Assembly (NCBI GenBank): GCA_018817595.1 | Contig: JAHITU010000002.1 | Coordinates: 1-45,995, forward strand | DNA from: Patescibacteria group bacterium | GTDB lineage: Bacteria; Patescibacteriota; Minisyncoccia; Phycocordibacterales; UBA12079 | Reading direction: 5' to 3' | DNA: 45,995 bases | In this document: piece after piece, positions 7,901 through 14,564 of the stretch | Layout: each line of letters opens with the position of its first letter | How positions within the stretch are numbered: position 1 is the stretch's first letter | The notes under the pieces: model-generated | Databases searched by the model: none | Told to the model about the DNA's origin: nothing | Seen by the model: the letters and a program-made list of their open reading frames with translations, nothing else | Position numbers and translations under genes: made by a program

Positions 7901-10039
7901 GCCGGTAAAGCTATACGAACAGGTGGTAATAATAACATATTGATAGGACATCAAGCCGGAGATAGTATTACAACTGGAGCTAGTAATATTCTAATCGGAT
8001 ATAATATAGACACTCCTGCAGTTGATACTTCTAATCATTTAAACATCGGAAATGCTATTTACGGGGATTTAAGTTCAGGCAACGTCGGAATCGGCACAAC
8101 CACCCCTCAATCTCTCTTACACTTAGGCGGAACACCGGGGATTTTGAGCAGTGGTTTAACTTTTGGAGATGGTGATACTGGGTTTTATGAGAGTTCAGAT
8201 GATGTTGTAGTAATTCATCAGGGTGGTACAGATAAATGGTCAATGACAAATGGGAAAGTATCTGCAACTGACTTTAAAACAACGAGTCCTAATACTGGCT
8301 TTTGGTTAAACAATAATGTTGGTACGTCAATTTTTAGTGGAGGAACTGGAATAGTTAATTATCACGCAACAGTTGCACATAATTTCAAGGATAACTATGC
8401 TGGAAACTCTGTTATGTACATTAATTCAACTTCTGGCAACGTTGGAATTGGGACGACTACTCCTCAAGGATTATTTGCTGTAGCCACCTCAACCAACGCC
8501 TCTTTCTTTGTTGTAGACGACCAAACAGGGAACATCGGAATGGGAATAGATAATCCATCCTACCAATTACAACTTTCAACAGACTCAGCCGCAAAACCAG
8601 GAACAGCTACATGGACAGTCGATTCCGATGAAAGACTAAAGAATGTTAATGGAGACTTTACTCGTGGTTTGTCAGCTTTAGAAGGGCTTTATCCATCTTA
8701 CTTTAATTACAAACCAGACAACGAAAGAGGAATTCCATCTAATAGGGAATATGTAGGATTAATCGCTCAAGATGTTCAAAAGGTAATTCCCGAAGCAGTC
8801 AAAGAAGGAAAAGACGGTTTCCTTTCAGTTGAATCTGATCCGATTTTCTGGACAATGTTGAATGCTATTAAAGAGTTAGCTTTGAAAGTTGGCTCTGATA
8901 ATATCTCTTATAGTAAAGATACTTTGCAGGTATTAAACGACACTGGAGAACCTCAAATGAAATTGGCCTATGATCAAGAAAACTTGGCTGAATTTAAAGT
9001 GTCTGCAGTAGGGGATTTGTCTATAAGTACTGCTGGAAAAGATATTCGTTTACCTGATGATAATATGCAAATCTGTTCAGGGGGAGCTTGCCCAACAATT
9101 TCAACTCCTCAATCAGTCGTCTCTGCGAGGAGTGGAGAGGTACGCAATGACAAAGCAGTCCAGAATTTCGAAAAATTAACTAGAGGAACAGGTAACTTAA
9201 TCGTAGAAAATGTTGCTTATATTAATGGAGCCTTAGGAGTGGGAACCCCTGCCCCAGGCAGAATAATGGATGTTTACGAATCTCAATCCGATCCACAAAT
9301 GAGGATTTCTTATGACGATGATTTGTATTCTGAATTTAATGTTTCGGCAACAGGGGACTTAACCATTTCTGCATCAGGAGGAGATGTTTCTGTTTTGAAT
9401 GAAAACTTGCGAGTTTGTTCTGATGATGGTTGTCCTTCTGTTGTCAGTCAAATCCAAGACAAGGGTAATTTAGTGGTAGAAAATTCATTGTTGGCATTAG
9501 GTAATGTAGGAATCGGAGGTACAGTTTCTCCTGATTACACCTTAGATGTTCAAGGAACTCTACGAGCCTACGGCATCACCGACGCCTCCGACATCCGCCT
9601 GAAAACAAATATCCGTAATTTGACAAGGGGTCGTTCCCCTTATAGTGAGGTTACGAACGGAGGGGTGCGACCCCTAAGTCAAACTTCAGCCACCCTTCAA
9701 AACATCCAAAAACTTCGTGGTGTAAAATTTGAATGGAAAGACTCCACTTTTGGCACAGGTGATCAAATTGGGTTCATTGCCCAAGAAGTAGAAAAAGTTT
9801 ACCCAGAATTAGTTTCCACAGATAATGACGGTCTTAAATCGGTTCAATACGGAAAATTCACTGCTGTGTTATTAGAAGCTGTAAAAGACTTAATCAATTG
9901 GGGAGAAACTATCGAATATCGTTCTGCTCGCCTAGAAGACAGAACAACTCAATTAGAAAAAGAAAACGCCTCATTAAAACAAAAAACCCAATCCCTAGAA
10001 TCCCGAATCGAAGCCCTAGAAAACATTCTGAGACAATAA
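1979..10039 (+). CDS. Giant (2686 aa) surface fibre/adhesin-like protein with GNVGIGT repeats and two peptidase S74-like intramolecular chaperone domains
   Basis: N-terminal hydrophobic segment, many GN(V/I)GIGT repeats, N-x-x-x-G beta-roll repeats, S74 motifs SDERLK..VGLIAQDVQKVIPEAV and SDIRLKTNI..GFIAQEVEKVYPELV, C-terminal coiled coil. Confidence 0.85.
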   Translation: MFKRTFLDKKTKASKLFKPCLGTFVISIFLITLISSPFRFTLADEINPENENKVLTTINETANFVYSFINSIFKKQKTTDEIITKDLTPIIPADKGDKTELNLITTQETQETPTSTIPTETATTPTATNLLQPFIVTTSGITEAEFTRRINILENSLKAEIYRMASQLAPTGSITPESNFQAIALSQIIDNLDLVTISRATITGSTFTGSQATITNLASTDLTTTNLTVSGINNFNGITNLSNASSTQLTVSDKLWLGNLLTTGNTISATNDSGLALYDNASNGIFIEDGGNIGIGSTSPAQKLSVDGNTYITGGLGVGVTTTTAGAIETSGNVIVGGDLQVSGDSMVIGDTISDTLVINSSINSNLIPDLNAMRDMGSPAYYWDDIYTDALYVNNLSAASTTISGTQSSLFTINSDNSTLDTEDMDLVFFRGTVVPNALISWNSGLEKFDFNQPVFFQNDSSTTTVPSLEVRAKAGQTADVLKISDSTGASYLNIDSNGKVGIGTTTLTKQLNLSGGFYVGGTGTSTIENNLQVNGQIQIGTGTAYLTANELSTTGDFTISTQSEDSHLTLQSMGRVGVATSTPWGVLSVEHNGSNAGMPVMVISDEGASNASLMVDWLGNTGVGTNNPSSLFHVGSSTPTYLSGYRDAFFSGDVEIDGNTYFNGATNFSSASSTQLTVSDKSWLGNLLTTSNTISATNDSGVAIYDNASNGIFVQDGGNIGIGTTSPFAKLSVKGAGTTTGINFQTTNSSDTPLVTVLDSGNVGIGTTAPGGKLQVYSANDVDAISVRSGSSGSYAGYSIGRTSIEGYLGIVANTNNFLTGAETGNLVLKSGSSKLLLGTGNSIVMTINSSSNVGIGTTAPSQQLEITGDFEMPNTTFADQSGIIYKGSTPFIHNFNYGLNSGGVTTLGKNLFIGEGAGNLTMGSIATIENHSSGNIGMGFNVLRLLTNGFNNTVIGNSAGINTTTGANNVFIGEQSGLNNTSGQSNVFVGGRSGFSNTTGFSNTGVGYDAGYGLTTARDNTYLGNGAGKSNNTGGYNVVIGKNAGGSSYGGKTYDSNTLIGYNSGYVLDGGNNNTFLGYQTGNSVTSGDSNILIGYDIDTPAVDTSNHLNIGNTIYGDLSSGNVGIGTISPFEKLHVEGNISLGDTVGKEVILFDGVGSDNYGIGTEQYNGLWYTNIYGGTNAGISFRTAGPSGTVLAVIKNSGNVGIGTTSPQSLLHLGGTPGALSSGLTFGDGDTGFYEAADDNLYVTIAGARRGYFGVSGFFGNNNDAFGLMDEASSGTNPTIIPQKLDFDTGIGRADADQLSLIAGGVEGHRISEDAGVITHSLSGNVGIGTTSPFAKLSVKGAGTTTGINFQTTDSADSPLVTVLDSGNVGIGTASPGSSLEIAKNGEPEIRLVRTTDPPVNGLISASIGSYVTGGGINRNNGYIRFIERSASTIPITDLAFGLATFNNQLPYEVMRIANTGNVGIGTTSPQSLLHLGGTPGALSSGLTFGDGDTGFYESADDRIYISINGALRAGFTSNAIFAGTNIDGNPAMMSEVSSPSNPVFVFAGDVDTGLGSAAADQLSLIAGAKEIARLTENTTEQFIINPQADLTGTAAAPSLAFGDGDTGFYESADDIMYVGVGGTNKMFWNNVVFSGTSLTSPQISYTGASATVPVFSYAFDGDTGIGRAAADQLSLIAGGVEGHRISEDAGVITHSLSGNVGIGTTNPITPLHVGYNGSGSIATFARTDAAPSSLELSNASGIFNFNYTGGSGGLRWQLGGVSKLTLDASGNIGIGTTSPFAKLSVKGAGTTTGINFQTTNSSDTPLVTVLDSGNVGIGTDSPNNKIQVQDLINFDDTLQNTSLGKNAGNLGQYNSFIGYEAGKNITSSWNTGVGWKALMSATNAERNSAFGYYSLFSNSSGSRNASFGYVALSSNTTGNYNTAFGSNALTYNQTGSSNVAIGQEAGSGSTGASNISNNVFIGNAAGKAIRTGGNNNILIGHQAGDSITTGASNILIGYNIDTPAVDTSNHLNIGNAIYGDLSSGNVGIGTTTPQSLLHLGGTPGILSSGLTFGDGDTGFYESSDDVVVIHQGGTDKWSMTNGKVSATDFKTTSPNTGFWLNNNVGTSIFSGGTGIVNYHATVAHNFKDNYAGNSVMYINSTSGNVGIGTTTPQGLFAVATSTNASFFVVDDQTGNIGMGIDNPSYQLQLSTDSAAKPGTATWTVDSDERLKNVNGDFTRGLSALEGLYPSYFNYKPDNERGIPSNREYVGLIAQDVQKVIPEAVKEGKDGFLSVESDPIFWTMLNAIKELALKVGSDNISYSKDTLQVLNDTGEPQMKLAYDQENLAEFKVSAVGDLSISTAGKDIRLPDDNMQICSGGACPTISTPQSVVSARSGEVRNDKAVQNFEKLTRGTGNLIVENVAYINGALGVGTPAPGRIMDVYESQSDPQMRISYDDDLYSEFNVSATGDLTISASGGDVSVLNENLRVCSDDGCPSVVSQIQDKGNLVVENSLLALGNVGIGGTVSPDYTLDVQGTLRAYGITDASDIRLKTNIRNLTRGRSPYSEVTNGGVRPLSQTSATLQNIQKLRGVKFEWKDSTFGTGDQIGFIAQEVEKVYPELVSTDNDGLKSVQYGKFTAVLLEAVKDLINWGETIEYRSARLEDRTTQLEKENASLKQKTQSLESRIEALENILRQ
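9118..9165 (+). repeat. CGTC repeat in frame inside the giant protein gene
   Basis: cgtctctgcgaggagtggagaggtacgcaatgacaaagcagtccagaa closely matches the intergenic copy at 10049-10096. Confidence 0.85.
9625..9676. repeat. REP-like doublet in frame inside the second S74 domain
   Basis: aggggtcgttcccct ... aggggtgcgacccct, similar to the RAYT REP core aggggtgctacccct. Confidence 0.7.
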
Positions 10040-10048
10040 AAATCTTCC

Positions 10049-10096
10049 CGTCTCTGCGAGGAATGGAGCGTAGCGAAATGACGAAGCAGTCCAGAA
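10049..10096 (+). repeat. CGTC repeat upstream of the GIY-YIG gene
   Basis: cgtctctgcgag...gacgaagcagtccagaa. Confidence 0.85.
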
Positions 10097-10123
10097 TTTT
10101 AAAAAAATAACCCCAAAACCAAA

Positions 10124-10423
10124 ATGAAATCTGAAAAAATTCCCTGTGTATATATTCTTGCAAACAAAAGGAATGGAACTTTGTACACAGGAGTAACCTC
10201 TAATTTACAAAAGAGGATTTTTGAACATAAAAATAATTTAATTGATGGTTTTACTAAAAAACACAATATTCATAAATTAGTATATTTTGAAACAGGAGAA
10301 TCGATGGAAGGTGCAATCCAAAGAGAAAAACAAATCAAAGGTGGTTCAAGAAAAAATAAACTGAAATTAATTGAAGACAAAAACCCACAATGGAATGATT
10401 TATTTGATAAATTATTTAATTAG
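10124..10423 (+). CDS. Small stand-alone GIY-YIG nuclease (YhbQ-like)
   Basis: VYILANKRNGTLYTGVTSNLQKRIFEH, FTKKHNIHKLVYFE, AIQREKQIK, NPQWNDL. Confidence 0.92.
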   Translation: MKSEKIPCVYILANKRNGTLYTGVTSNLQKRIFEHKNNLIDGFTKKHNIHKLVYFETGESMEGAIQREKQIKGGSRKNKLKLIEDKNPQWNDLFDKLFN

Positions 10424-10426
10424 ATT

Positions 10427-10668
10427 TCTGGATCGCCACGTCAAGAATTTAATTTCTCGGAAATTAAATTCTTTCCTCCCGAAGACGGTTTACCTTCGAC
10501 AAACCGTTACGAAAAACAAAACTTTTCGTCTTTGCGAGCGTAACGCAGTGAAGCGAAACAATCCAGAAATTTATCATCTCTGCAAGAGATACGACAGCTT
10601 GCCCGCCCCTGCCTACCCACGCCTGCTGGCGCGCAGGGGCAGGCAGGGATGAGGAGGGAAGCAATCTC
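10427..10668. repeat. Cluster of three CGTC-type repeats downstream of GIY-YIG
   Basis: Minus copy tctggatcgcc...cgaagacgg (10427-10488), plus copy cgtctttgcgag...aatccaga (about 10527-10567), degenerate copy catctctgcaag...gaagcaatctc with a nested GC-rich cctgcc hairpin. Confidence 0.8.
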
Positions 10669-10731
10669 TTCATAAACTATTTCTCAATATCCCCATATTT
10701 AGTATTAAATATTTTATGCTAAAATATATTT

Positions 10732-11046
10732 ATGGAAACAAAAATAATATTTTTTGATGAATCTATAAAAAAATTTATTTCTAAATTAGAAAAAAGCACC
10801 ATTGCCAAGGTTCTTAAAACAATAGATCTTTTAGAAAAATTTAATTTTAAATTAGGATTACCTCACTCAAAGAAAATTGATAAAAATTTGTTCGAATTAA
10901 GAATTTATGGACAGCAGAAGATTCGTATATTTTATGCTTTTTATAAAGAAGATATATTTTTATTGCATATTTTTGTTAAAAAGACGAACAAGATACCTTT
11001 AAATGAATTAAAATTAGCTAATTCAAAATTAAAACAATTGCAATGA
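10732..11046 (+). CDS. RelE/ParE-family (HigB/Gp49-like) toxin
   Basis: LGLPHSKKI..LFELRI, RIFY, LLHIFVKKT; lies upstream of an XRE HTH gene. Confidence 0.88.
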   Translation: METKIIFFDESIKKFISKLEKSTIAKVLKTIDLLEKFNFKLGLPHSKKIDKNLFELRIYGQQKIRIFYAFYKEDIFLLHIFVKKTNKIPLNELKLANSKLKQLQ

Positions 11047-11066
11047 TATCACATATATGTTATATT
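11038..11066 (+). promoter_or_regulatory. Internal sigma70 promoter and operator for the antitoxin
   Basis: ttgcaa-N17-tatatt overlapping the near-palindrome atatcacatatatgttatat; ATG at 11073 lies 6 nt after the -10. Confidence 0.55.
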
Positions 11067-11072
11067 AATATT

Positions 11073-11339
11073 ATGAATGAATATAAACAATTTAAAAAAG
11101 AAATATTGAAAGATAAGGAGGTTAAAAAAGAGTACGAAAAACTTGGTGTAGAGTTTACTTTGATTGAAAAGATTATTGAAGAAAGAATAAAAAAAGGTTT
11201 AACTCAAAAAGATTTAGCTAAAGCTATTGGTACAAAACAATCAGCTATTTCAAGATTTGAATCTGGAGATAGTAATCCTACTTTAGCTTTTATTGGAAAA
11301 GTTTCCAATATTTTAGGTCTAAAATTAAGTTTAGAATAG
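11073..11339 (+). CDS. XRE-family HTH antitoxin (HigA-like); start revised from 11043
   Basis: GLTQKDLAKAIGTKQSAISRFESG..NPTL. Confidence 0.88.
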   Translation: MNEYKQFKKEILKDKEVKKEYEKLGVEFTLIEKIIEERIKKGLTQKDLAKAIGTKQSAISRFESGDSNPTLAFIGKVSNILGLKLSLE

Positions 11340-11531
11340 ATAATAAAAAATCAAAACCCCGCCGAAGCGGAGTTTCTCGGAGCTTCCAAAGAAGCACTAA
11401 TAACTAAATAATAACAAAGCTCAAAAAAAAAGCAAGTTAATTTAATTTTAAACCAATGAAAAAAAATCCTAACCCTCCTACTCCTAATATTTATCCTCTC
11501 AACCACCACCTCTATTTTTCCGTCTTTGCGA

Positions 11532-11622
11532 CCCAGCACTTTGAATTAAGCTATTTACTTTAGTTTAAATTATTATTTATTTCTTTATAAACTTTATTTA
11601 TACTATATAACAAAGTGCTGGG
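11532..11622. mobile_element. 91-bp MITE-like element, copy 2, inside a CGTC repeat
   Basis: cgtctttgcga + cccagcactttg...caaagtgctggg; core is inverted relative to copy 3. Confidence 0.75.
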
Positions 11623-11649
11623 GAATCATTCCCTTTCCGTCTCAAATTC

Positions 11650-11683
11650 CGTCTTCGCGAGCGATAGCGCGGCGACCCAGAGT
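11650..11683 (+). repeat. Minimal CGTC repeat
   Basis: cgtcttcgcgagcgatagcgcggcgacccagag. Confidence 0.7.
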
Positions 11684-11818
11684 TTCATCGCGACCGTTTA
11701 AATAATTACCATAACTATTCCAATCGATTGGAATAGTTAAACAATATCGACACTTGGATCAAGAAGGTCCAAGTGATTTTGTTTTTTACGATTTATCTTT
11801 AATAATTCGTCTTTGCAA

Positions 11819-11913
11819 CCCAGCACTTTGTTTTAATGGTATAAATAATAACTTATAAGAAATAAATAACATTTTATAAAACAAAAATAAACACTTTAAT
11901 TCAAGGTGCTGGG
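11819..11913. mobile_element. 95-bp MITE-like element, copy 3, inside a CGTC repeat
   Basis: cgtctttgcaa + cccagcactttg...caaggtgctggg. Confidence 0.75.
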
Positions 11914-12164
11914 GGAACCCACACCTACAGGTGGTTTAAAAACAGTTTATTTTTAAACAAAAACCATTTAATTTCACTTAATTTAAAGATTTTAAAATAT
12001 AATAAAAAAATGTTATAATATAAGCGTTTTAGAGGGTTTAGTTATCCACTAAAATGTTTATTTTTATCTATATTTTTTGATATAATATTTATATTAAAGG
12101 AAGAGAATATCTCTGAGTATCACTTTATATTTAAAGAAAAATATACCTATAAATTAGGTTAATT

Positions 12165-14564
12165 ATGCTAAATAACTTTATAGAGATAATTAAAAATACT
12201 GTAATCACTACCGTTGGTTTGATAGTAGGGTTATTTGGTGTTGATAACACTGATTTTCTTAAAGCTACTGATGTCAATTTGCAGACAGCTCAAGAACAAG
12301 CAATTAATCTAAGTGATTTTTCACAAGCAAATATTTTAGAAGCTGTAAGTGGTGAAACTCCTGCCATAATTGACGAAACAATAACAACCACTTCAGAAGA
12401 ATCTCAAACAACTGAAACAGTTCCAGTTACAACAACTACTCAAGACGGAACAGAATATTTTGTCAAAGAAAATATTCCATCTGCTATTTTTGCTCGGCCA
12501 GAATCATTAATTACAAAAGCAGTAAAAGTAGAAGAAAAATTAATTACTTTAGGAGAAGGAGCCAGTGAAGACACACGAGCTATTAATCCTATTAAATCAA
12601 CTATTACCAAAAAAGAAATCGATGTTGCAAAAATACTAAATACAGATTTTGATAAATTTGATTCTAAATTACAAATTACCGAAATTACTGAGGATGAAAA
12701 TAATTTTTATGTGTCATATCAATATGTAACTCTTGCCATAGAAAACAGAGTTTGGGATGAATTTATAAGAGAAAAAAATATCAGTATTGCCAAAAATATT
12801 CTGAATGGAAAAGATCTAAGTGAATATTTATCTGAAGAATTAGCAGAAGTAATCGACACAGAAATTGTTTATTTAAAAGAAGTCCAAGAAATACAAAAAA
12901 TTAAAAAAGCCAAAGCAGACAAGCTTGCCCAAGCAGAAACAAAGAAAAGAACAGTGGCATCAGCTTATTCTTCTTTGATTGGAAAAGTTCTTCAAGTTGA
13001 AGAAAGTGAATTTGGTGATTTCGAACCTATTGTTAAACCACAGATTAAAGAAACAACTATTATCTCAGATATTGTGATTGGTGGAGAGACCACAACTACT
13101 ACAACTACTGCAACAACAACCGAAACAACTGCTACAACTACTCCTGTTGTAGAAACCACAGTTGAAGACAAAGTAACATCAAATGGAGTAGTAGATAATC
13201 AAGCCCCACTAATTGTAATTCAAGGAAATAATCCTGCTTTAATCCAAATCGGTTCAAGTTATGTTGATTTAGGTGCAAGGGTTAGTGATAACATAAGTGA
13301 AGGGTTAGGAGTTAATATTGGGGGTGATGTAGTTGATACAGAAACTAAGGGGTCCTACTTCGTAGTTTATTCAGCTACTGATGAAGCTGGAAATACAGCG
13401 ACAGCCACAAGAGAAGTAATCGTTTATGATTACGGACTTGTACCAGATGTAGAGCAAGTAGTTGACACAACACCTATTGGAACAGTAGAAACAACAACTT
13501 TAACCCCCGCAGAAGAGGAGGAAATAATCACAACTCCTACAGAAACAGAAGAAGCAACCATAACTCCAGAAGAAGTTGCTACAACTACCCTTAATGAAGA
13601 AATTGCAATCACAACTCCTCAGGTAGGAATTATTGAAAATATATTAGAGGTAGCAACTAATGTTATCGATACTTCAGCAGAAGCTGTTCAAGAAACAATT
13701 GATGTGGCTGTCGAAGTTACTGTTGATACTATTGATACTTCAGCAGAGGCTGTTCAAGAAACAGTTGATACTGCATTTGAGACCACTGCTGAAGTAATTG
13801 GGGACAGTGTTAATGCTGTGATTGAAACTACATCTGAAGTGGCCGAACAAGTAACTGCTATGATATTGTCTATAAATATAAGGGAGTTACTTGGAAATAT
13901 TGGAGCCGCAGGAGATGGACAAATTACTCAAGTTTTCACTAATAGCTTAGATAAATCTGGCGAGGTTGTTTACAGAAATATCAATAAAATAATAAACAAA
14001 ACCAAAGAATTTATATTTGACTTAATAGATTTATCACCTTTTGTTTTAGAAGAAACCTCTAGTCCTGTTACTGAAGGAGAAATCAATATAGCTCAAATAT
14101 TAAGTACAGGAATTTATGGAATAATTGGTAATATGGCAGATAGTTCTTATGGTGCTTTCAATTTTATTTGGAAAAGGATTAAAAACTTTTCAGGAGATAA
14201 TTCTTTAGAGACTGATGAAAATGTTGGAACAATTGTTGAAAGTGTTTCAGATATTTCCTTAAATGAAGATAGTGAAAAAAATACTTTTGTTAGATTTATT
14301 ATTTTTTCAGCAGGAGAAGCTAAGAGAATTGTTTTAAACACTTTCGAAAAAATATCAGGAGGTAACTCTTTAGCTTCTATAAAATACTCTAACAAGGAAT
14401 TTGTTTTGGAAGAAATGCAAGAAAATGATGCAAGTAAAATGGAAATATTAAAAAATAAAATATCTGATTTTTCAAATATTATGAAAGATGGTTTTTCAAA
14501 AACTAAAGAATTTTTTAAAGAAACAAGTCCCACTATTAGATTTAAAGAAATAGAAAATGAATAA
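12165..14564 (+). CDS. Acidic Thr/Glu-rich surface protein with a DUF5011-like Ig domain
   Basis: N-terminal hydrophobic helix, poly-Thr linkers, DNQAPLIVIQGNNP..GSSYVDLGA..VVYSATDEAGN.ATATREV, repeated IDTSAEAVQET. Confidence 0.75.
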   Translation: MLNNFIEIIKNTVITTVGLIVGLFGVDNTDFLKATDVNLQTAQEQAINLSDFSQANILEAVSGETPAIIDETITTTSEESQTTETVPVTTTTQDGTEYFVKENIPSAIFARPESLITKAVKVEEKLITLGEGASEDTRAINPIKSTITKKEIDVAKILNTDFDKFDSKLQITEITEDENNFYVSYQYVTLAIENRVWDEFIREKNISIAKNILNGKDLSEYLSEELAEVIDTEIVYLKEVQEIQKIKKAKADKLAQAETKKRTVASAYSSLIGKVLQVEESEFGDFEPIVKPQIKETTIISDIVIGGETTTTTTTATTTETTATTTPVVETTVEDKVTSNGVVDNQAPLIVIQGNNPALIQIGSSYVDLGARVSDNISEGLGVNIGGDVVDTETKGSYFVVYSATDEAGNTATATREVIVYDYGLVPDVEQVVDTTPIGTVETTTLTPAEEEEIITTPTETEEATITPEEVATTTLNEEIAITTPQVGIIENILEVATNVIDTSAEAVQETIDVAVEVTVDTIDTSAEAVQETVDTAFETTAEVIGDSVNAVIETTSEVAEQVTAMILSINIRELLGNIGAAGDGQITQVFTNSLDKSGEVVYRNINKIINKTKEFIFDLIDLSPFVLEETSSPVTEGEINIAQILSTGIYGIIGNMADSSYGAFNFIWKRIKNFSGDNSLETDENVGTIVESVSDISLNEDSEKNTFVRFIIFSAGEAKRIVLNTFEKISGGNSLASIKYSNKEFVLEEMQENDASKMEILKNKISDFSNIMKDGFSKTKEFFKETSPTIRFKEIENE

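Noticed and set aside
4136-8195. Diversity-generating retroelement TR/VR pairs
   Set aside because: No reverse transcriptase in the window; differences between repeats are mostly synonymous and not evidently adenine-specific
1979-10039. Prophage tail fibre or prophage region
   Set aside because: No terminase, capsid, portal or integrase genes; the N-terminal membrane/secretion segment fits a cellular surface protein
10371-10673. ORFs 10371-10652 and 10464-10673 (also 398-580, 9898-10163, 23774-24007, 35414-35599, 44111-44323)
   Set aside because: Translations of palindromic repeat clusters with no protein-like features
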